64,000 bases of DNA from an uncultured Gammaproteobacteria bacterium (GCA_964347135.1 CAYFXA010000001.1:7563-71562); one strand, 5' to 3'. Positions 41,286 through 51,054 are shown, numbered from the stretch's first letter. The notes: generated by a model from the letters alone, not told the origin. Made by a program: numbers and translations.

Positions 41286-42284
41286 TTATTTCAGGTACTT
41301 CTCAATATTTTCATTGTGCTCTTCACCGGTTTTGGCGTAGTGCATTCCCCCTTTTTTGTCAGAAAGATAAAACCAATACTCGGTCTCTTGGGAATAAATC
41401 ACGGCTTCGATTGAAGCTAAACCAGGACTGCAAATTGGTTCGGGCGGCAAACCTTTATATTTATAAGTATTAAAAGGTGAGTCGATTGCCAAATCTTCTC
41501 TTGTTAGTTTTTGAGGCCACCAATCTATTTCTTGCCAATTTTTAGAGTCTGAATTGTCTCGGCTAGCAAGGGCATATTGAACCGTGGCATCAGCCTGGAG
41601 AGACCAGTTTTCTTGCCAGCGCTTAAGCAAGATTCCAGCAACAATAGGGCGGTCTTTTTCCGTCCGACATTCCCTTTCAACAATTGAAGCCAAAATTATC
41701 ACCTGGTTTTGAGTCAGGCCCTTTCTTTTAGTCTCCAGTTCTAATTCCAAGGAATACTTTTTTTCAAAATTGTTGGTAAAAATTTTAATCACTGAAGATG
41801 GGCTAGCATCCTTAGGTACTAAATAGGTATCAGGAAAAAGAAAACCTTCAAGCTCATCCGTTAATTGAATAAATTGCGGATAACTAAAATCATCCAAGTT
41901 GGCGGTTAGGCGGCGCCCAAATTCCTCTCGCCGCCACCCTTCAGGAAAAGTTAGCCAAATGTCCAAAGAGCCATGAGTTAATAAATAGGCAACCTCTTCA
42001 ACGCTCCAAGAAGGATTGATTCGAAAATCCCCTGCTTGGATTTCGCCTGATAAACCTTTGGCTAAGATAAAAATTTTGAAAGCTGAAGCATTTTTAATCA
42101 AACCAGCGTCCTCTAACCGCTGAGCTGTCAAGGACAAACTTTCGCCTTTATGAATAACAAAGATTTGGCTTTCAGCCGGAGGTTGACTAACCGGAAGAAG
42201 CGCCCAGCGCCACCAAAAAAAGCCGCCGATAATGGCGGCCACTAGTACCAAAATGACTATACTAAACTTCTTCAAAAAGCGCAC
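41286..42284 (-). CDS. mltG: endolytic murein transglycosylase MltG (YceG family)
   Basis: N-terminal TM followed by the YceG domain; conserved neighbour of ruvX. Confidence 0.8.
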   Translation of the reverse strand: MRFLKKFSIVILVLVAAIIGGFFWWRWALLPVSQPPAESQIFVIHKGESLSLTAQRLEDAGLIKNASAFKIFILAKGLSGEIQAGDFRINPSWSVEEVAYLLTHGSLDIWLTFPEGWRREEFGRRLTANLDDFSYPQFIQLTDELEGFLFPDTYLVPKDASPSSVIKIFTNNFEKKYSLELELETKRKGLTQNQVIILASIVERECRTEKDRPIVAGILLKRWQENWSLQADATVQYALASRDNSDSKNWQEIDWWPQKLTREDLAIDSPFNTYKYKGLPPEPICSPGLASIEAVIYSQETEYWFYLSDKKGGMHYAKTGEEHNENIEKYLK

Positions 42285-42462
42285 GGCGATATTTCTTTGT
42301 TTTCAAATTATAGATAAAAATCCGGCCGCACTTGCAAGTCACTTTTTCCGTGTCGTTTTTCCTTTTCTCTTTTTTACCTTTGTCCAATGGCTTGCCGCAA
42401 CCAACACATTGGCCTCGACTCAAAAGCCAAGCTTGTACTGGAGCAATGATATTTTTAAACAT
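42262..42462 (-). CDS. small zinc-ribbon-like protein (hypothetical)
   Basis: 66 aa with CVGCGKP...CKCGR; overlaps the mltG start by 23 nt; uncertain. Confidence 0.3.
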   Translation of the reverse strand: MFKNIIAPVQAWLLSRGQCVGCGKPLDKGKKEKRKNDTEKVTCKCGRIFIYNLKTKKYRRALFEEV

Positions 42463-42838
42463 TTTGTTTATCTAAGTATGCTTGTAAAATTATGGCCGCG
42501 GCAAAAGCATCCTCTTTTTCTTGGCGATATTTCTTCTTTTTGCCTGCCTCTATCATTTTAGCAATTGCTTCTTTGGTGGTCAAGGTTTCGTCTTGAAAAG
42601 ATACTTTTATTCCCGTTATCTTTCCTAATTGCTTGCCGTATTTTTTTGCTTTTTGGCCAATCTTTCCTTCACTCACGCCAATAACAATTATTTCTATCTT
42701 TTTTTGTTCAACTAGCTGGGAAATTTTCGTTAACGTTTCTTGATGGTTTTTGATAACCCCTATTGGCTGAACCAAGCCATTATCAGCAATAGCTAAGCCA
42801 ATTTTGGCGATACCAAAATCAATGCCTAAAATTCTCAT
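42455..42838 (-). CDS. ruvX: Holliday-junction-resolvase-like RNase RuvX/YqgF
   Basis: Start at MRILGIDFGIAKIGLAIAD (42838); RNase H-like YqgF fold. Confidence 0.8.
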   Translation of the reverse strand: MRILGIDFGIAKIGLAIADNGLVQPIGVIKNHQETLTKISQLVEQKKIEIIVIGVSEGKIGQKAKKYGKQLGKITGIKVSFQDETLTTKEAIAKMIEAGKKKKYRQEKEDAFAAAIILQAYLDKQNV

Positions 42839-43551
42839 ATTCTGACCAATTGGGTTCTTACTATTAACCGCTTTAAATAAGTTCCTGGCGGAACACAAGT
42901 AATCAAAGAAAGCCACTGGCTGTCATATCTCTGTTCCAAAACAGCCAGGTCCTCGGGTTTAGTCTCAGAGATTTCCCTTACCAAATAACGATACTGAATG
43001 CCATCAAAATCAACTAAAATTTCATCGCCTTCTTCCAAGTTAGGTAAAGTAGAAAAAATCGTTTTGTAATTTTCGGGATTAAAAAATTGGGGCAAAACTG
43101 AGTGACCAAAAATCACGGTGTTGCCGTACTGTCCAGGCAGGGCAGTACCAGGATAATGAATTAAACTTTTCATCAAATCCTCACCCCCGATTTGAACCGT
43201 GGCATCCTCAATATCTAATTTGGGAATAGAAAGATTGTAATGGGTAATTCGACTTGGCCTGGGTGGCAAAATCGGTGCATCTGGAAACCAACTTTTGGGG
43301 TTAGCGTAGTCAACGACCGCTTCTTTTCCCAAAACGGTTTCTTGAGAGGTTAAAGGGCTGAGCGGTTGCTGGGTAAAACGACTGCTGGTCAACTCATAAT
43401 ACAAAATCGGCAAAGCCGCATTACCGATTAAAACCAGACCAATGACCAAAATTAAAAAAGATAAACTTTTCCACAAAAAAGCCAGTCGTTTTCGTTGAAC
43501 CAATCGTTGACCAAGCGGAGCTGATTTTAGATAACGGTAGGGAAATGTCAT
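42835..43551 (-). CDS. sortase (transpeptidase)
   Basis: N-terminal TM; catalytic His in VIFGHS; TLxTC-type LSLITC active-site cysteine; conserved Arg in LIVRTQL. Confidence 0.8.
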   Translation of the reverse strand: MTFPYRYLKSAPLGQRLVQRKRLAFLWKSLSFLILVIGLVLIGNAALPILYYELTSSRFTQQPLSPLTSQETVLGKEAVVDYANPKSWFPDAPILPPRPSRITHYNLSIPKLDIEDATVQIGGEDLMKSLIHYPGTALPGQYGNTVIFGHSVLPQFFNPENYKTIFSTLPNLEEGDEILVDFDGIQYRYLVREISETKPEDLAVLEQRYDSQWLSLITCVPPGTYLKRLIVRTQLVRI

Positions 43552-45845
43552 TGAATTTCAACCTCAATCTCAATTCTATTGACTCTCCGGGGAAAAGTGC
43601 CAAGGCGCCCAGGTAAACGGGGAGAAATTACGGCTTCAAAACCAGCCACTCTTGGTAAATTACCTAAATAAGTCTCACCTATCACGATGTATTTCCCCGC
43701 CAAATTCTTTTTAATCTGTTCCAAATCTTGCTTAGGAATTAATTTGGCTTTTAGATGAGTTTTTACCGTTGCGACGCCTTTTTTATCAACTTCACCAACA
43801 TCAAAAGAAAATTCAGTTTCCTCAGGTAAGTATTCAAAACCCTCGGCAGCTGATTCTAAAACGCTATCTTCAACTAGTTCTTGTAATTCTTTTTCCGTGT
43901 AAACTAAAGCATTTGCTTGTAGTTTTAAAGAAAGCTCCAAACTATCCGTTTCTTCATCTACCTCATGGCTATAATTACTGCTAATAACTTTAGTGGCAAT
44001 CGACTCTTCAACCAAATTTGCTTCAGGAGAAAGTTGGGTTAACAATTTTTCTTTGGCATCTTTTTCCAAAGCGGCTTCTAAATCAGCCAGCAATGCCTCT
44101 TTGTCTTCCTCAGAAACAGCTTGAATTTGACGACTGATGCCTCCACTAAAAGCAGAATCATTTTTGGCAACATAATCCGATTTGGCGTAATTAGCAATTG
44201 TAAATTCGGTTCCTGCAGCCAAGTTACCCTCGGTCCCAATTTCTTCAGCAGTAACTTTGACATTGGCTTTACCAGGGGGATCGGCGGCGCTACTTTGAGA
44301 AGCAACGGTGACATCATCATCAAGGGTAAATTCCAAACCTGCGGCACTGGCAATTTCCGTTCCCGAATCAAAAGTTTTTTCACTGGAAGTACCGTTGTAA
44401 ATTGTTACTTCTCCTTTGGCTGGGTCACCGATTTCTTTAGCACCGGTCGTTGTCCGGCTCTTGCTGCCTTCAACCCCAATTTTCATTTGCTCGGCGGGCA
44501 AAATGAAATTTTCTTTATCTGGAGTGTCTGTTGTGGGATCAAGTTTAACCGTAAAATCTTTTTCCAGAATTTCTGGTTCCAAAAAAAGAGTTACTTTTGC
44601 CCGAGGAAGAAACCAATAGGCGGCAAAAGCACTGCCAATTAAAATCAAAATGAAGGCGATGATTAAAAAGAGAATCGGGGAGGTTTTAAGAGACTTGGGC
44701 ATTAACCCTCTAAGGTAAGCTAAATTCAGCTTCCTTAGAAGAGAAGGACCAGGACGAAAAGAGGTTATTTTGGCAAAAAAATTGCCCAAAAACGAAGGTT
44801 TTTCTTCGATTGGCGGTTCTTTAATCACAGGCGGTTCCCTTACTTCCGGTTCTTCAGGTTTCTCTGGCTCAACTGGTTTTAACGGCTCTTCGGGTTCGGC
44901 TTCTATTTTCTCTTCAGCAACATCGGTCCCTTTAATAAAACCCAGCTCTCCTGCAGGAACAAAACCTGGCTCTTCAACTTCAACCTCTTCTCCTTTCTCA
45001 ATTTTCTCTTCTGCTACCTCTTTCTTCTCCTCTTTTTCTTTTTTCACTGGTTTTTCTTCTAGAACCAAGCCAGCGGCTTTGGCCACCTCTTTACCACCAG
45101 CCAAAGCAATTGCTTTAATATCAAAATTCAGGGGCAAGATTTCTACTCTAGGCAAATGAAGGAATTCAACTTCTTCTTTCTTTTTTTCTAGCCAGGGATA
45201 GTTAACTAATTGTTGCCTGGCCTCTTCTAATTTATCTTCTTTGTTGTAAATTAAGATTCGGGCAGGCAAAGATTCCTTAGACTCAAATCGAGACAGACCC
45301 TCAATCAAGTCATCAGCCAAATTATCGCTTTTGTCAATCAATTCCGGTCCCAAAATCTTCCCAATTCTCACTAAGCCAACGCTTACCTTCTTCATCCCTA
45401 AATGCACCAAAATGGCGGTTGGCGGAACTCCTTCAGTAGCTTTTATATGATGAACAATTGCCTCAGTAACCACCACAAAACCAGCTGGTTTGAGATCGAG
45501 CTTTTCAGAAAGTTTTTTTAGAAGTTTTAATTTCTCATCAACAATTTTCTCTCCCTCAATCCAATTAAAAGGCAAGCCGAAAACAACTTTATCAGGCTCT
45601 TTAACCTCTCCCTCTATTGGCAATTTCTCGGCTGCAGAAGATAAACACGCGTCAACGGCTTCAATTAATTCTTCTTCATTCTCCCATCTTTCGGCGTTTC
45701 CCAAGGAAAGAACTTTGACCTGATTTTCAACAATGGCAAAGATAGCACTCTTAACAAGTTCCAAACCAATTTCCAGAGCAAAATAATACTCTGATGGCTG
45801 CTTTTCCTTTTGACGAATTTTGTTTAAGACAGATTTAACTTCCAT
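43548..45845 (-). CDS. large hypothetical fusion protein: N-terminal actin-like (FtsA/PilM-like) domain, acidic EEKPE-repeat linker, single TM, about 350-aa C-terminal extracytoplasmic domain
   Basis: YYFALEIGLELVKSAIFAI resembles the phosphate-1 region of FtsA/PilM actin-fold ATPases (weak). TM ILFLIIAFILILIGSAFAAYWFL. Start chosen at the Met at 45845 to limit overlap with alaS. Confidence 0.45.
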   Translation of the reverse strand: MEVKSVLNKIRQKEKQPSEYYFALEIGLELVKSAIFAIVENQVKVLSLGNAERWENEEELIEAVDACLSSAAEKLPIEGEVKEPDKVVFGLPFNWIEGEKIVDEKLKLLKKLSEKLDLKPAGFVVVTEAIVHHIKATEGVPPTAILVHLGMKKVSVGLVRIGKILGPELIDKSDNLADDLIEGLSRFESKESLPARILIYNKEDKLEEARQQLVNYPWLEKKKEEVEFLHLPRVEILPLNFDIKAIALAGGKEVAKAAGLVLEEKPVKKEKEEKKEVAEEKIEKGEEVEVEEPGFVPAGELGFIKGTDVAEEKIEAEPEEPLKPVEPEKPEEPEVREPPVIKEPPIEEKPSFLGNFFAKITSFRPGPSLLRKLNLAYLRGLMPKSLKTSPILFLIIAFILILIGSAFAAYWFLPRAKVTLFLEPEILEKDFTVKLDPTTDTPDKENFILPAEQMKIGVEGSKSRTTTGAKEIGDPAKGEVTIYNGTSSEKTFDSGTEIASAAGLEFTLDDDVTVASQSSAADPPGKANVKVTAEEIGTEGNLAAGTEFTIANYAKSDYVAKNDSAFSGGISRQIQAVSEEDKEALLADLEAALEKDAKEKLLTQLSPEANLVEESIATKVISSNYSHEVDEETDSLELSLKLQANALVYTEKELQELVEDSVLESAAEGFEYLPEETEFSFDVGEVDKKGVATVKTHLKAKLIPKQDLEQIKKNLAGKYIVIGETYLGNLPRVAGFEAVISPRLPGRLGTFPRRVNRIEIEVEIQ

Positions 45846-47622
45846 GAGCAAGTTGAGCGTAGATTCGACGCCGACCAGCACCAATTGCTTTTTCTTTATT
45901 TATCTTAACACGACCAATCTCTCCAGTCGACTTTACATGAGGTCCACCGCAAACTTCTTGGGAATAATTTCCAATCGAATAGACTTTAACTTTTTCGCCA
46001 TACTTTTCGCCAAAAAACGCAAGGGCACCCTTTTTCTTGGCTTCAACCAAAGTCATTGTCTCTGCTCGCACTGGCAGATTGGCTTTAATCTTCTTGTTAA
46101 TAATCTCTTCAACTTTTTTCATTTGGGCTTCAGTTAATTTTTCAGGATGGGTAAAATCAAACCGCAATCTTTCAGGAGTAATATTACTCCCCACTTGTTG
46201 AACATGGTCACCAAGAACATCACGCAAAGCCTGATGAAGAAGATGGGTGGTGGTGTGTAATTTAGTTACGGTCGCCGAGTGATCCGCCAATCCCCCCGCA
46301 AATTTTGTTTCCATCCCTGCTCGAGAAATCTCTTGATGCTTTTTAAACTCTTTCTCAAAGACTTTTTTTTTAATTTTTTGACCTCTTTCTTGGGCAATCT
46401 CTTCGGTCATTTCCAAAGGAAATCCATAAGTCTCATACAAATAAAAGGCGAGTTTGCCATCAAGGACTTTATGCTTCTCAACTTCTCTCAACCCTCGCTC
46501 AAGTGTTTTTCTAAATCGATTTTCCTCTACTTCTAGCTCTTGGAGAATTTGTTTCTCATTTTCTCTAAGATAAGGGTATTCATCTTGGTAAATCTCAACC
46601 GCTGTCTGGGCAAGGTTTTTAGCAAATGGTTTAATTAATTGAAGCGATCTCCCATAACGAATCGCTCGCCGAATTAGGCGGCGAAGAACATATCCTTGCT
46701 CCTTATTCGAAGGAACAACGCCATCAGCAATAACGAAGGTGGCAGCCCGAATATGGTCGGCAATGATTCGAAAATGCTTTTTGTTCTGGATATATTTCTT
46801 CTTACTTAACTCTTCAATCCGACGCAGTATTGGAAAAAAAAGCTCTGTTTCATAAAAAGTCTCCTTTTTTTGAAGAATAGCAGCGACTCGTTCTGTTCCC
46901 ATCCCTGTATCAACATTCTGCTGTTTCAGTCTCTCATATTTGCCTTTTCCTTTTTTGTTATATTCCATAAAGACGTTGTTCCAAATCTCGATATATCGAC
47001 CGCAGTCACAGTTGATATGACACTCTTTGCCAAAATGGAGATCATGAGATTTTCCTGTATCATAAAAAACCTCAGAATCTGGACCACAAGGACCAGTTTT
47101 GCCAACTGGTCCCCACCAGTTTTTCTTTTTGGGATAAGGAACAATCCTCTCTCCAACATTAGCTTTGATGCCTGCCTTTTTATATATTTCTTGCCAAATT
47201 TTTATTGAACTCTCGTCTCGAGGTGCATCTTGATCCCCTTTAAATACCGACACGTAAATTTTTTTAGGATCCATGCTCAACCATCTCGGCGAAGTTAAAA
47301 ATTCAAATGCCCAATTAAGTTGTTCCTTTTTAAAATAATCTCCCAGTGACCAGTTACCTAGCATTTCCATGAAGGTCAAATGGCGGTTATCACCAACTTC
47401 ATCTATATCGTCTGTTCTTAAACAACGTTGATTGCTCACTAAGCGTTTGCCTAATGGATGAGGCTCACCAAGAAGATAAGGAACAAGCGGATGCATTCCG
47501 GCGGAAACAAATAAAGCGGTGGGGTCATTTTCCGGAATTAAAGAAACATTGGGCAACTTTTTATGCCCTTTTTTCACAAAAAAAGAAAGAAATTTCTCTT
47601 TTAATTCTTTGGCGGTCATCAA
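45835..47622 (-). CDS. alaS: alanine--tRNA ligase, short form (catalytic plus minimal editing domain, no C-Ala domain)
   Basis: Class II AlaRS N-terminal motifs (FVSAGMHP, RCLRTDDIDEVGD, GNWSLGDYFK); editing motifs HTTTHLLH and CGGPHV. 595 aa versus about 870 typical. Confidence 0.85.
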   Translation of the reverse strand: MMTAKELKEKFLSFFVKKGHKKLPNVSLIPENDPTALFVSAGMHPLVPYLLGEPHPLGKRLVSNQRCLRTDDIDEVGDNRHLTFMEMLGNWSLGDYFKKEQLNWAFEFLTSPRWLSMDPKKIYVSVFKGDQDAPRDESSIKIWQEIYKKAGIKANVGERIVPYPKKKNWWGPVGKTGPCGPDSEVFYDTGKSHDLHFGKECHINCDCGRYIEIWNNVFMEYNKKGKGKYERLKQQNVDTGMGTERVAAILQKKETFYETELFFPILRRIEELSKKKYIQNKKHFRIIADHIRAATFVIADGVVPSNKEQGYVLRRLIRRAIRYGRSLQLIKPFAKNLAQTAVEIYQDEYPYLRENEKQILQELEVEENRFRKTLERGLREVEKHKVLDGKLAFYLYETYGFPLEMTEEIAQERGQKIKKKVFEKEFKKHQEISRAGMETKFAGGLADHSATVTKLHTTTHLLHQALRDVLGDHVQQVGSNITPERLRFDFTHPEKLTEAQMKKVEEIINKKIKANLPVRAETMTLVEAKKKGALAFFGEKYGEKVKVYSIGNYSQEVCGGPHVKSTGEIGRVKINKEKAIGAGRRRIYAQLAHGS

Positions 47623-47644
47623 GAAAGATTATACTATGGCAGAA

Positions 47645-48025
47645 TTATGAAGTTAAGGGTCTGCCGTTGCGGATGAAAAATTTTTTACTTGCCAATCGTC
47701 CTCTTTTTCGCAGTTTTTCGATATGACCTATTTTCTCTTGAGCTTCACCAGCCACTTCTTCTTTCACATCTTTTGCTTTTTCTTCTAATTTGGCTTGAAT
47801 TTCTTTGGCTCGGGCTCGAAATTCTTCTCCCTTTTCCTCAAAATCTTCAACTAACTCGGTTAGACTGTCCAGAGCTTCCTCGCTTTTTTTCTTAATTCTT
47901 TTTTTAACCTTTTCCCCTTCTTTAGTTTGGGTAAGGAAATAGAAGGCGCCAGCGCCAATTAAAGCACCTATAATTAATCCTTGAAGAAAACCACCACTGC
48001 GGTCTTGCTTGCTCATTTTATTCAC
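47645..48025 (-). CDS. YtxH-domain protein
   Basis: GGFLQGLIIGALIGAGAFYF N-terminal TM followed by a coiled-coil, as in YtxH. Confidence 0.6.
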   Translation of the reverse strand: MNKMSKQDRSGGFLQGLIIGALIGAGAFYFLTQTKEGEKVKKRIKKKSEEALDSLTELVEDFEEKGEEFRARAKEIQAKLEEKAKDVKEEVAGEAQEKIGHIEKLRKRGRLASKKFFIRNGRPLTS

Positions 48026-48305
48026 CCACTTCTTTCTCAGCTTTTTTTGATTTCTTTTTCCGTTGACCTAGCCAACCTAAAAGTCCAGCAATACCGGAAA
48101 CGCCGGTGATAGAGTTAGAAAGCGAAGCAATCGGTCGAGCCACTGATTCGGAAATCATTCCTGCGTCATCAAGCATTTTGTTAAACTTCCTAACCGACTC
48201 CCTTATCTCTCGCAAAATAAAAAAGACTTGAACCCCAATGATAGTAAGAACAGCGGTTAAAACAGTGACAACAGCAATGAGTAAAAGCTGTGTGTTATCA
48301 ATCAT
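48018..48305 (-). CDS. DUF948-like small membrane protein
   Basis: 95 aa, N-terminal TM; paired with YtxH as in Firmicute ytxG-ytxH. Confidence 0.4.
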   Translation of the reverse strand: MIDNTQLLLIAVVTVLTAVLTIIGVQVFFILREIRESVRKFNKMLDDAGMISESVARPIASLSNSITGVSGIAGLLGWLGQRKKKSKKAEKEVGE

Positions 48306-48370
48306 GGGCAGTGTTTCCTTGTTAATAATATCCTCTATTTGAGGCTAAATGTCAATTATAACTTTCTGTA

Positions 48371-49000
48371 TCAATCCAAATAAACCGTTTTTGTTTGTCT
48401 TGTTTTTCTACCGAGACGGTTAGTGGTTTCAATAACAATTTTATTTTCACCGGAAGTTAGCCTCAGACGATAAGTAAATTCTCCTTTTTCATTAAGCTGG
48501 GTCAAACTACCATTAATCGTCACCGAATTATCAAGGTCGGTTCTGCCTTTAATCACTATTTGTTCCTCGGTGACCCGTTGGTTATCAAGTGGCAAATCAA
48601 CTTCTAATCTGGGTCTTCCCAATAAACCATGGTATTGATAAGCCAAATACGTTAAAAAGGCAACAATAAACAGAGCAACAACAACAATCAAAGTTTTTTT
48701 TGGGTTCCATTTAAACTCCTTGTTGAGGTCAACTTTTGGAGGAAAAACAATTTTCTGTTCTTGAGTTCGCCGGTAATCTCTTTTGAAAATCGCCACTACC
48801 TTTTCGGGCTCCAAACCTAAAAACTGGGCGTAGTTTCTGATAAAACCCTTAATGGTTGCCACCGATGGCAAAGATTGATAACTATCTTTTTCTAAATCTT
48901 TTAGATAGCTCTTTCTTATTTTTGTTTCCCGAGTAACTTCATCAAGACCAATTTGTTTTTTTAACCGATTCTCTTTAAGAATTTGACCTGCTGTTTTCAT
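48371..49000 (-). CDS. rodZ: RodZ-like cytoskeleton protein (HTH_XRE plus TM plus C-terminal domain)
   Basis: N-terminal LGLDEVTRETKIRKSYLKDLEKDSYQSLPSVATIKGFIRNYAQFLGL matches the RodZ HTH; central TM. Confidence 0.65.
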   Translation of the reverse strand: MKTAGQILKENRLKKQIGLDEVTRETKIRKSYLKDLEKDSYQSLPSVATIKGFIRNYAQFLGLEPEKVVAIFKRDYRRTQEQKIVFPPKVDLNKEFKWNPKKTLIVVVALFIVAFLTYLAYQYHGLLGRPRLEVDLPLDNQRVTEEQIVIKGRTDLDNSVTINGSLTQLNEKGEFTYRLRLTSGENKIVIETTNRLGRKTRQTKTVYLD

Positions 49001-51054
49001 TGAGAGGCAATTTGAGAAGCAAGATATTCCTCAGGGTTTTTAATTAAGACTTCTCGAGGTTTAGAACCTTCAGCTGGTCCAACGATTCCTGCCCTTTCCA
49101 ATTGGTCAATAATTCTTGCTGCTCGAGCGTAGCCAATCTTAAGCCGCCGTTGAAGCAAGGAAGCTGAAGCTCGTTCATAACGACAAACGGTCCGGACCGC
49201 ATCTTCAAAAAGTTCATCCCTTTCTTCTATTTCTCCGGCGGCGACTGCCCTTTTTGTTGGCATTTTAGTTACTTCTTCAGTGTATTGTGGTGCCACGCCT
49301 GCTTTTCTCAAAAAATCAATCAACTTTTGGATTTCTGGCTCGGAAACGAGTGTTCCCTGAATTCGGGTTGGTTTTGATTGGTCAGGAGGAATATAGAGCA
49401 TGTCACCCCGGCCCAACAACTTTTCTGCCCCTGGCATGTCAATAATCACTCGAGAGTCAACTTGGGAAGAAACATTAAAAGCAATTCGACAAGGAATATT
49501 GGCTTTAATCAAACCCGTAATAACATCAACCGATGGACGCTGGGTGGAAATAATTAAATGAATTCCTGTTGCCCTTGCCATTTGGGCAATACGACAAATG
49601 GCGTCTTCTACTTCTGCCGGGGAATACAAAATAATATCGGCTAACTCATCAATAATAATTAGTATGTAGGGCAAGGCAGCAAAACCAGAAAGCTCATTGT
49701 AAGCTTCAATATTCCGGACTCCCACTTCAGCAAACAGTTTGTAACGGCGGTCCATCTCGGAAATCGCCCATTTCAAAGCAGAAAGAACTTTTTCCGGGTC
49801 AACAATCACGGGCGTTAACAAATGAGGAATGCCATTGTATTGGGTTAGCTCTACTCTTTTGGGGTCAACTAAAATAAATTTAACCTCAGCAGGGGAAGCT
49901 CTAAAAAGAATGGTGGTAATAAAAGAGTTAAGACAAACCGTTTTTCCTGAACCAGTTGTGCCCGCAATCAAAACGTGGGGCATTCGCCCAATCTCGTCAA
50001 CAACGGATTCACCAGAGACATTTAAGCCAAGAGAAACAGCTAATTTGGATTTGGCTTTTTCCATTTGTTCTGAAGTCAACATCTTCTTGAGGGTAACAAA
50101 CTCTGGACTTCGGTTAGGCACCTCTATTCCCACTAAAGAACGGCCGGGAATAGGTGCTTCAATTCTGATTTGTCCGGTTGGCGCTGCCAAAGCAAGAGCC
50201 AGATCATTGGCCAAAGTAGTAATTTTTGAAAGCTTGGTTCCTAAAGCAATTTCCAAAGCATATTGAGTCACTGCTGGACCCAGGTTAACCTCTGCTACTC
50301 GAGCAGCAATTCCAAATGATTCAAGCGTCTTTTCAATAACATCCGCGTTTTTCTTGATATCCCCCCGGTTGGCCTTGCCACCAACTTCATCGGCTAATAA
50401 AGATAAAGGAGGAAATTCCCAAACCCCTTCTTCGGTGGGTAAATTGCTTACCAAAGCAGGGGCTAGCTCTTCTTCTTTTGCTGCTGGCTTCCGTTCTTCT
50501 CTTGGCTCTGAGACCTTCATCTCGGGTTCAACCGCTAATTTACGCCGTCCAGAAATTTTTCTTATGCTTACTCCAGCTTGGCGAAACCGGGAAAAAATTT
50601 TGGCTAAAAAAAGAATAATTTCCTCTAGAGAGGTATTAAAAATCACCACGACCCCGATAAAAACAAAACCTAAAAGAACAAAAAAAGCGCCAAAAGAACT
50701 AATTAAAGTTGCCAAGTTATACCAGACTTGAGCGCCAATCAGCCCTGCTCGGGTTAAGCTAACAAGGGCGATTGATAAAATAACTGAACCAGCAAAAACA
50801 TTGGGGCGGGTAATTTTCCACTGCAAACGCGCGAGCATTAATCCCGCGGTCAGCAAAAGAAAAGGTAAGAGCAAAACTCCCCAACCAAAATAGTGAGTGA
50901 GAAGAATAAACAAACGGCTTAAGATAACGCCTTGGCGAGAAAAGGAGAAAATGATAATCGCTGCCAATGAGAAAAGGAAAACACTGGAAATGGTATAAAG
51001 AGTGTGTTTTTTGAGTTTTAATTTAAATGGATTTTTTCTTCTTCCTCGGGCCAT
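48997..51054 (-). CDS. ftsK: DNA translocase FtsK/SpoIIIE
   Basis: 4 N-terminal TM helices; motor domain with Walker A GTTGSGKTV; C-terminal winged-helix gamma domain. Confidence 0.85.
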   Translation of the reverse strand: MARGRRKNPFKLKLKKHTLYTISSVFLFSLAAIIIFSFSRQGVILSRLFILLTHYFGWGVLLLPFLLLTAGLMLARLQWKITRPNVFAGSVILSIALVSLTRAGLIGAQVWYNLATLISSFGAFFVLLGFVFIGVVVIFNTSLEEIILFLAKIFSRFRQAGVSIRKISGRRKLAVEPEMKVSEPREERKPAAKEEELAPALVSNLPTEEGVWEFPPLSLLADEVGGKANRGDIKKNADVIEKTLESFGIAARVAEVNLGPAVTQYALEIALGTKLSKITTLANDLALALAAPTGQIRIEAPIPGRSLVGIEVPNRSPEFVTLKKMLTSEQMEKAKSKLAVSLGLNVSGESVVDEIGRMPHVLIAGTTGSGKTVCLNSFITTILFRASPAEVKFILVDPKRVELTQYNGIPHLLTPVIVDPEKVLSALKWAISEMDRRYKLFAEVGVRNIEAYNELSGFAALPYILIIIDELADIILYSPAEVEDAICRIAQMARATGIHLIISTQRPSVDVITGLIKANIPCRIAFNVSSQVDSRVIIDMPGAEKLLGRGDMLYIPPDQSKPTRIQGTLVSEPEIQKLIDFLRKAGVAPQYTEEVTKMPTKRAVAAGEIEERDELFEDAVRTVCRYERASASLLQRRLKIGYARAARIIDQLERAGIVGPAEGSKPREVLIKNPEEYLASQIASQ

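Noticed and set aside
44078-45159. ORFs 44121..44642(+), 44078..44383(-), 44770..45159(+) within the giant protein gene
   Set aside because: They overlap the acidic repeat and coding region, and give low-complexity Gly/Ser translations, which are typical antisense artefacts.
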